A stretch of 64,000 nucleotides of DNA from Balanoglossus misakiensis (taxonomy: Eukaryota > Animalia > Hemichordata), in the NCBI GenBank assembly GCA_040954595.2, contig CM082585.2:4861358-4925357 (forward strand), in the 5' to 3' direction. Shown one piece after another: positions 54,640-64,000 of this stretch. The position numbers were made by a program, and so were the translations under genes. Numbering within the stretch: the stretch's first letter is position 1; the number at the start of each line of letters is the position of its first letter. Under the pieces are notes generated by a model, which worked only from the letters and a program-made list of their open reading frames with translations, did not search any database and was not told the origin of the DNA.

Positions 54640-54965
54640 AGGCCAACGATCGATTTGTGCGCATGTGCCGAACCAGAGACTCTGCTTACAAAAATATACC
54701 CAGTCAATGCTATATAAATGCAGTGTTTTGTCCTAGCAACAGACAAGATGGCGGCGACCATAGTCTGTGTCGGAAATCGGAAAAAGACAGCAAATTGGGT
54801 GAAAAGAAGGGACAAAACTGAAGTCTGCTTATACGGTGCGCATGAAATGTTGAATGAAGCAAAGGCTGTCCACTATATGAACGCAAAATTTGCAGAATGT
54901 TTGGATCGCACTTAATGTTTGTACACACGAAATTACGCACTTGCGCATAAGACGATCGTTGGCCT
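54640..54965. mobile_element. TTAA-type MITE family E, copy 1
   Basis: aggccaacgatcg ... cgatcgttggcct TIR flanked by degenerate TTAA. Direct homolog of 55941-56258. Confidence 0.85.
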
Positions 54966-55940
54966 TTCAGCACTATAATGTGAATAGTTAGATTATCTAG
55001 AATGAATAAGAGGGCACTTTTTCACTAAGGAATGGAGGACAATTTGATCTGGTGTAATACTGTGCAGTTAAACGATTTACAACAGTTTTATTTTTATGAC
55101 TATGACGCCGCGTATGTTTCATACGGACCTGCTTGTCTTATCCATTGAATTGTTTAGATAGACACACCCGTTGACCATATTGACCATTGTAGAAAACTGA
55201 ATCTACAATCCCCGGAGATTAATTTTGTACACCTTCATTACACAAATTACTGGACAGTACTTATCAAGTTTGTATATTCTTCATCTTGACGACAGATTTT
55301 TTCATGTATATTTTATTCTAAATTAAAATTGAAACACCACAGTAAACATGTGAATTGTTCCCTTTATTCTCAAGTGTATCCTACACAGACAGACATCACA
55401 TTCTGTTGTGAGACGGAGTGGGCAATGTGCCATTTTTTCTACCATTGTGTGCTTTGGTAGTGAAAATTACTTATTGTCCCTGGGTGTAAATGCATTCATG
55501 AGGTCGTTGGCAATTTTTTGTCACAGGCTTATATGTATCTCGAGAAATTTCTCAGCTTTTAACAAATCGAACCAAATAAAGCAAGCGACGAAATACGCGA
55601 CTATAAATGATTGTGAATTGGCGGGAAAAGCGGTCGAACTTTTCGTCGTTTGACGTCAGTATATAGGTGCTACCACGGTCGACCACAGAGAAACGACGAG
55701 GCACCAGAGAGCTTAACCTTTTTGTCCCATAAATAAGGAAATCAAACAGAACCCTTACAGTGTTCGTTTATGGCGACCATTTTATAGAAGAATATGAGTT
55801 GTTTTTAGTGACGACAGTGACGCAGTCCGGAACCGCGTCTTATTTGTTGGTTTTATGATTTGCCAGCGCGCCTCCATTATGTATTATTACTTGGGGAATT
55901 CAAGAACAAATTGCCAAGACTTGTGTTATTATTAACTTAA

Positions 55941-56258
55941 AGGGCAACGATCGTCTTATGCTCATGTGCCAATCCAGAGATTCTGGTCACAAAAATATAC
56001 AGTCAATGCCATAATATAAGGCAGTACTGTCTTAACAACATACAAGATGGCGGCGACCATAGTCTGCGTCGGATATTGGGGAAAGACAGTACATTGGGTG
56101 AAAAGAATAGACAAAAGTAAAGTATACTTATACAGTGCGCATGAAATGTGGAAGGAAGCGAAGGCAGTCCACTATTAGAATGCAGAAAAAATTGGATTGG
56201 ACGTAATACTTGTACACACGAAATTACGCACATGCGCACATAAGACGATCTTCGGGCT
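55941..56258. mobile_element. TTAA-type MITE family E, copy 2
   Basis: TTAA-agggcaacgatcgtcttatg ... cataagacgatcttcgggct-TTAA. Shares caagatggcggcgaccatagtctg and tgtacacacgaaattacgcac with copy 1. Confidence 0.85.
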
Positions 56259-59200
56259 TTAAACGACGATTAGTACAATTTTGAGAGTTTTTCATCAAGA
56301 TCAAGTGGTATGCAGGGTTTTAGTATCGTCACCACGGAGTTAATGGTGATCATAGCCGTTTGCGGTTTATAGACCTTTTTCCAAACTCCGCGAGATTCTA
56401 CGAGATCTCACGTGGCTTGGCAGTTTATACGGCGAAGTTCTCATGATATGGCTGACACAGGATAAACGTCACAGGGCCCATCGTGTTAAACGGCACAGAC
56501 GTTTCATTACTGTTCAACTCTGCACGTATTCTAGTTTCATACAGAGCTTGACCTGTATTACTTGGCTAGCAACCTGTCGCTATGGTAATTAACCAAGTCT
56601 CGCGAGATGATCCGTTAATCATGATGAGCTGAGCGGAAAATCATCTACGGCAAACACGGTGACCTTCTGATAGTGTACCGCTCGTCTACATAATTGTCTC
56701 CGATAACACAAACCAACAGAGGTACCACAGTGATGATAACATAAATCAGAAATACACGATGAGTGAGATTTACCCAAGCATGGCACAATTCGCTGACTTG
56801 TCGAAGTCAAGGAAGTCACAATAAAATTCCAGAAACTACATCAGTTATAGCAGACCGATGTACAGCCGAAGGCTGAGACTAAATATAGGCCTAATTGACA
56901 AAAGTATATTAACGTAGATTGTCGCCTCTCTTACCAAATACGTCGTACAACACACGCCCCTGGTCATTCGATTTATTATATTGTAACCCGGAGAGTTCAA
57001 ACTACAGATCACGAAAAGTCGGTGAGAATTTAAAGGGGTAATTTTCAGTCCTTGGTTCTCGCATTATCTCTTGTTGACATTGAATTTTTATGTGTTTACT
57101 TTAAGATAAAGCTGATAGAGACGGTGCGCCTTTAACTAAGGGAGTGCACTCGAAGCGTACAGCTGTGTTTCCAACTGTTCTCAATACAAACGATAGATGC
57201 GCGACAATGTTATGTATTGATGCGGGGATCGTTTTGACTACATCGGTACACACGAATTCACTTATGATATCTCGCGGTTAGATCGATCTTGCGGTCTGCC
57301 ACGTACGCAACGCGGACTTGAATTTGTACAGCGAGTTGCCGCAACGACACATTTAAGAGATCACCATCAGCATTGCCAATGTCGCGAGTAACTATGAATA
57401 CGCGTGGGATATACCCGGCCTATTAAGTTTTTAAGGAGGGCAAATATAACGCAGAAACCGCATGGGCATACTTGTTACCATACCAACATCAGCGAATGAA
57501 CAACCAGCGTTAGTCAACGCTATACTAGTACTCCCTCTGCGAATACTTTCCATAAAATTGAACATTTGCACTTAATTCATTGCTTTGCCACATGTGTTTC
57601 AGGTCATATCCGTAATCATGATGAGGTGCTTATAGAATATCTAACAGGCATCTGTATTCATAGTATTACTACAGCGTTCGGAATTTTTCGCATTATCAAA
57701 GTGAAAGCTTAGCTACGTTACTTTCAAATGTTTTATTGAGGCGAGTCTGTACATTTAGGCAATATAACACATTCCAGCGACACATAAATCACAGACTGTC
57801 CCACACAACAGCTGTATGTGACGGGTTTGGAGGCGGAGTTGAAGACATACGCTTCTCGCTTATATTCATTGCGTTGCAGAAATAATAAAAACAATATAAG
57901 GACAGTTTAATACTGTAGTTTTTGTACTGTAGACATTATTGCGTGTCGTAACAAAACGTCGCTGTTCTAGATCTCAAAACATATGAGTTCCCCAGTACTC
58001 GAATCACATGCACACACAATCGCACATTTAACACGATTAAAATGATTTATTCCAGGATTTCATTCGTTGACATTCAATTATAGTTACACTCCGGTAGGTG
58101 TCCGAGGCCGTTCACAGAGAAATTTAAATCCCCCACATTTCGATGTCACACATGAATAAACATGTATTTCAGAAAACAGAAAAGAGTACCAGCAATCGTT
58201 TAAATAAAACTTTTGCATTCACTTGTTATTAACACTGGTACGATGCAATCTGTCTAGGAAAACGATAGCATGTATAACACTGTCTTTGGATATAGTTATT
58301 ACATAAGGCTATGAAAATACTTTGGTTTTTCGTTTCACAAAAAGTGAAATATTTTAAATCGTCCCGTACAATAATCTGTCTCACTTTTTTCTGCTTTGAA
58401 GATATTTTCTTGACATCAAAACGTATATAAAAAAAATGATTTTACACTTTCTCATATATTCCTCAAATTTTGCCCATCATGCAGATTGTCAAGGAAATGT
58501 AGCTGTATTTCTCAAATGGTGTTACCTTATAAATGTATCTTTGTCATTGTATATAAGAAGGAATTCGATCCTGATTGTCGTTAAATGTGTTTTAGGTTTC
58601 TGGGTTATGCGTCAGAAAGGGTGAAATTTCGGGAAAAGGAACTTATAAGCGTCATAAAAGTCGATTGGACGGTCGTTGGAGGTTTTGAGAGACGTTATAC
58701 TACCAAGTCTTACCTTGCACGAAATTCATCCAGAAATCATGCATCTTTTTTTCTAAATGAGGAAACATTGGTTTTTCCACGGTCCGTAAAATGCATGTCA
58801 CGTGACCACTATAATGGTTATGTCTGTACACGGTCGGGTTCCCCCTAACATCATGGCTTAAGAAAACGTTACTCTAGGGGGTTTGATAATTGACAACAAA
58901 AATCTTCAATTCTTGAAAGGGTCTGCTTTGCATGTCGCCTCCATAAAGCAGTCCAAATGTTCACTTCAATGCACTTAGTCCTGTCAACTTGTAGAAACTG
59001 ATCTGATAAATTGGTCTGGTTCAGGCAACGTTTTTTTTTTCTTTCAAATGTCGAGGAATAACCTGCAGCATGTCTACTTGCTCCCACTGATAGAATCAAT
59101 TATAGCTAGGATGCAAAATCAACCGTAATATCTGGGCCTTCAGGAAATTGTATCCACCGAGGCATAGGCATTCTCCTCCTCATCCTCTTTCTCCTTCCTC

Positions 59201-59214
59201 TCATCATCATCCTC

Positions 59215-59287
<73 letters not shown>
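59201..59287. repeat. (CAT)n microsatellite
   Basis: Read directly. Confidence 0.96.
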
Positions 59288-61027
59288 ACTTATTCAAAAG
59301 TCCATAATTGTAAAAATAACGTGTTTATTTTTCTAATGTGTAGAACAAAAGGTGAATTAGTTCTGTGTATAGATATTAGAAGCGAGATGAACTGTCCATG
59401 GGAAAACCCATCCTGTTACATTACATTGTTTATCTCATTCACATAACGAATTTCACAAAACCCTGACTCAGATCCTTCCAGAATATAATGTCTTGTACGA
59501 GTTCAGACGTTCTTTCCTTGCAGATTGCTCTGTGTGCAATATCATCACAGCTGAGAATGACACAACGCTGGCCGCGTGTACCTGCGTATATCTATAGCCA
59601 CGTATACATAACTTGATAAAACTGACACCCCCCCCCCCTTGCCTGGGTCTGAAACTAGCACAGTGTATGTACAAAGTCCACGGGTCGCCAGCTAATCCAA
59701 AGTCAGGTATGCATGAGACCATGACTGATATATGGCATTGGTGCAACAAGATTACGTCACTCGCAACCGATCATTAGCAACAGGCGTTGACATAAGGATA
59801 CGGAGTCCGCCAGCACTGACGCACAAAAATTACACAAACCGTACTGAAATGAGGCTACTAGATGTATTTAGAAGTTAAACATGGCACTAAAATATATTCT
59901 TAACATGCAACAATATGATTTTTTACGAATCATTCACTAACCACTCTCTCTCTCTCTTGGTGTATATCTGTCTCTCAATATATCGCTGTCTCTGTCTCTT
60001 TCCCCCTTCTCTCCCTTGGAACAAAACCATTTACTAATGTGTCTTGCCGTTATGTAATAATTATTTGAACCCTGGGAGTGCTTCGGCTGTTCACAAAAGT
60101 AGCTTGGTTCGTGATTCATAGAACAAGACATGTTTCCGACACGTTTTTATACAATTTAAAGCTTTAAGTGTTTGGCCGAAATATAAAATTAAATTAAAAA
60201 AAATGATAAAAGGAATATCATAAATGAGAACAACTAAGCCGATTTTGTGGTTATACTCTTAAAATCAGATGTCAATTTCATATTATTTTTTAACAGAGGA
60301 AATTTTGCAAACTCTTTTCTTTTCATAAGTTTCCTTTTCTTGCTTTTTTCATTGTCATGTTTACTTTTATTCCTAAATGCTAAATATAAATATTTAATAG
60401 AAGGAGAGTTTGGCCGTGACGCTAGTGACAAAGCCATGTATCTGGGATAAATTATTAAAGCGGACACAGAGTTTAAACACAAATGTTGCAGTTTCCGCTG
60501 TCCAAGTCACGAAGCGAACGTCCACGTACACATATCCATCGCCGACTCACACGGGTCGTATGCTCGACTATAATCTTCTATTATTGGAGAGCAAGACCTT
60601 GGACGGGCCAAGATGTTCAATATTGGGATCCCCATTTGGGGGGACATAACAGAAACATCTTGTCTATAGACGCCTGTCGGACACGCAGACCTACAAAAAG
60701 ATATCGCTCACATATAGACACCTTACGGCCTTTGATCTGCGATCGCGATGTCCAAAATATCTTCAATATATTCACGTCTCAGATTTAAAGACATTGCTAT
60801 TTTAACGATAGCATTTTGAATTATGGATGACATGGTGATGTTTTATCCAGACAGGATTGGCAAGATATTTGTAGTATTGATGGTTCTCTCAATGATCTAT
60901 GCTGTAGATCGGACCAGAAATAGCAGAAATAATTAATTGTGAAGTCATTAATTATTTACAAATACCGGCGAAGTGTCGGAAGAATTTAGGGACTCTGGTT
61001 CTGCTGGAGAGAAAGCGATCTGCCTTA

Positions 61028-62009
61028 GGGCCTGGAGGGAATTAACATGGGGTGGGGGGGGGGGTGAAAAGTGATGGCTATCCCCTGAATGGTTGATCAA
61101 AGAATTGTTATCCCTCCCCCGTCTCCTTGATCAAAATAAAGTAACCCTCCCCTGGTTAAAGGTATACAATCCCCAAATTACATACGCCCGTATATGACTG
61201 AATTGGTATATTTGAGTTTTCTAAAGAACATATGGTTGCGCTCTTTTTATCGGGTGTGCCACCCACTGAAAATCTGTGATTGGCTATATCTCATTTCGCC
61301 ATGTTAACGGTAGCATAGGTGAACGTATATACCTTTTAACGAACTGCATTTCAATTAACGTATGGTATTCTCGCCACATTCCCTGTAGAAATGCCTGCAT
61401 AAGTTGCTCCATGATTCTATTTATACTATAAGGTTATCTGCAGAGGCTTTATAATATAAGTTATTCATCAGAGGCTGACATGTTGCTGTCAGCGGCCATC
61501 GTGGACAACAGAGGTTGACTAGCAATTTCCGTCGACGCTCTTCTCCGGCGGAAGTGTCACGCTAGCGCCCCCAGCATCTGGGTCACCGACGCTCTATAGT
61601 ACTGAAAAGTCACATTTGCTGAATTAAAGGAAGTCCCTCACTGCGATGCACTGAACGTCAATGGGAAATTGCTACACCGTTCATTTGCATATAGAACGCT
61701 TACCTTTGACTTTTCTATCTGTTGTTATCTTTACGCACGATGTAACCTGATGTATGTTTTAACAGAGGTTGTATTCGACAATAAACGTATGAAATAGTCA
61801 TCGTTGCCACATCTGTACTTTTTGGTTTGTTAGGACTTGTTATGTTAGATAGAAAATAGTTTGCATCCTTGCATATTTACAAGTGACACTTCTCATTAAT
61901 ACACGACAAGAAATAGTCCTTCCTTAATTCTTGCGTGAAAAATGGCCACCCTCCCCCTAAATGCACTAGCTCCCCCCCCCCCTTCCCTCTGTTAAATCTA
62001 TCCAGGCCA
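61028..62009. mobile_element. PIF/Harbinger-like element with TTA flanks, containing a nested MITE
   Basis: tta-gggcctggagggaattaaca + G-run ... C-run + tgttaaatctatccaggcca-tta: an imperfect TIR, with TTA at 61025-61027 and 62010-62012. Confidence 0.6.
61160..61335. mobile_element. TTAA-type MITE family D, copy 2 (inverted relative to 53408-53589)
   Basis: TTAA-aggtatac ... gtatatacctt-TTAA. Contains gtgtgccacccactgaaaatctgtgattggcta, the reverse complement of the copy 1 core. Confidence 0.85.
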
Positions 62010-62259
62010 TTAGTGGCATTCAATCAGCATTGCACAGTGGAAATTAAAATTGATCATGACACACTTTTGAGTTAATTTCCGCATTTTTTTATTATAGACT
62101 AGCTTTTCAGCCGCGCGTCTACTGACTTAAGTGGGATAAATATATGTTTTTGCCAACATGAATAATTAGGCCAGATTGATGGGTAATTTTATTTCTCGAC
62201 TTTTCTAGCAACGACTTAATTCAGCTGCCGCTCAATAAAAGGAAATCATCTCGACAGTA

Positions 62260-62299
62260 CCACCGCCATCACCACCACCACCACCACCACCACCACCGC

Positions 62300-62341
<42 letters not shown>

Positions 62342-62395
62342 TATCACCACCACCATCACTACCACCACCACTACTATCAGCACCACCACCACCAT
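62260..62395. repeat. Compound (CAC)n/(CAT)n microsatellite
   Basis: Read directly. Confidence 0.93.
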
Positions 62396-64000
62396 TATCG
62401 TCGCTGCCGCCGCTTTTACTAGTGATGCTGATCTCCCGCAGTGTTGCGCGCTGATTTTGATATCGTAACACCTTCGCTGCCATTAACCGAACCAGGGTAC
62501 ATTGAATACCACGCACTTTACAGCTTGTCTCTGTTTTTGCCATTTATTCGTCCGAGAGTCGTATTTAATATGTAATGAAATTGTTGTTAGTGTCGGTATC
62601 TGTGGTATGTAAATAGATCAGTGTCATATTTATGTGTCCTGCGCGGAGAGTGGTTGTATTCTGTATCTGGGTGTCCCAAGGTCACCCATGGTATCCATTC
62701 ATCACCATTACTTTAATAAAGTACTTTATTAACAATGTATCGTCAGGAGACATCGCTCTATTGTTTGGCTCTTATTGATAAATTGAAATGAAGATTCGTT
62801 TCAATATGCGACGGCGAGATAAGTCAGGGAATCAGTGGCTTGTAACAGACGCCCGAGCCGTGCATCGATGCACCTTTTTTTTGTCTCCGCCGTCTTTTTA
62901 AGCGTTCCAACCGAACTCGTCAAATGAGCCGAAACGACCGTGTCGACGACAAGTCACGCGCGCAGCTGTTGGTGGGTCATGATTTGTCGTGACGGGAACT
63001 ATGCAGAAATGCATGTGCATCATGTCCCGAGACGACTGCGATGCCGCGACTGAAGCAGCAAGTGTTTTATGTGAGGAGAACGGGGGATACTCGGGGGAAA
63101 GAGGGAGCGGGGTGTTCTTATTTATCTGAAGCATCGTCGAAAACCGCGACCTCTTTACGGCAACTGTTTCTGCGTGCAGTGCCAGAAGATGACTCTAGTC
63201 CGCGAGAATGATCTCTTACTACAGGCGTGTTTTTAGTAAACTTCAACTCCATTATATAAATCAAAGTTTATTATAAAAATTAAACAAATATCGTTTGTGT
63301 GAGATAAAATCCCCTGATCTTCCCAATAATTAAGACGATATATATGTATGGCAACATTGCACTACAAACGTACAGTCTTATAATGTTGTAAAATGACGTG
63401 TACTCAAAGTTCACTCTAACACAGATGTAGAATGTGTTAGCTTCCGTTCAAAACAACCTCTTTGACATCTGCGTGTTGAATGATAAATCGACAACCGGTC
63501 AACAGGTTTTCAGTTCTGGTTTCTATTACCGTAACAAAACTAATGAAATCTCTAGGAACAGTTCGATTTAAGTTCAGCTATTTAAGGGGTCCTTCAATTA
63601 ACTTATTTTAGTGAACTTTTTAGAGACACGTGAATCATGAAAGAACTAAATAACCTGTACTCCACAATCTCACACCCTTTGTTGGACAATAAATGGAAAT
63701 TGACCAGAACGTAGGCCATTGACCGGGGACGCTCATAGTTTCCACAATAAAAACTGTCTTTGCGTAATAAAGATAGTTCAATCAGTCCACGGAGTTAAAA
63801 TAAAGCTTTGTTTTAATCTTTCAACTAAGGTATAAATCGACTTGTTCGTTGTGACTTGGGTAATCCATTCATAGACAAGCTCGCAATTTGGACTTGGAAT
63901 GTGTCAATGCATCTTACCGTCATATCGCCACGTAAATAAGTGGGACACTAAAATTCAATATGTCACAAAGTAGAATCGAGTATCAACACGACGGGGTCTT

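Noticed and set aside
56369-56648. Possible MITE with tagacctttttcc / ggaaaatcatcta ends
   Set aside because: Inverted match too degenerate, with no convincing TSD.

Overview
AT-rich eukaryotic (animal) genomic DNA, gene-poor and rich in repeats. It looks like a marine invertebrate, possibly a non-vertebrate deuterostome, but that is inference only. The only two convincing protein-coding sequences are paralogous class A aminergic GPCRs resembling the histamine H2 receptor, each a single uninterrupted ORF (10366-11589 minus; 51664-53010 plus). They sit head-to-head about 40 kb apart. The rest contains at least five families of TTAA-flanked MITEs, PIF/Harbinger-like MITEs (TTA TSD, one carrying a nested TTAA MITE), a decayed Penelope-like retroelement that seems to have its GIY-YIG domain N-terminal (Naiad-like), probable LINE fragments, a 244-bp tandem duplication and many microsatellites. 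I found no prokaryotic system, CRISPR array, tRNA or rRNA. The most interesting candidates are the sub-functionalised H2-like receptor pair and its shared intergenic region with clustered CRE sites, the inverted MITE pair bracketing receptor 1, and MITEs carrying YY1/NRF1-like motifs or polyA signals downstream of receptor 2. All alignments were done by eye.
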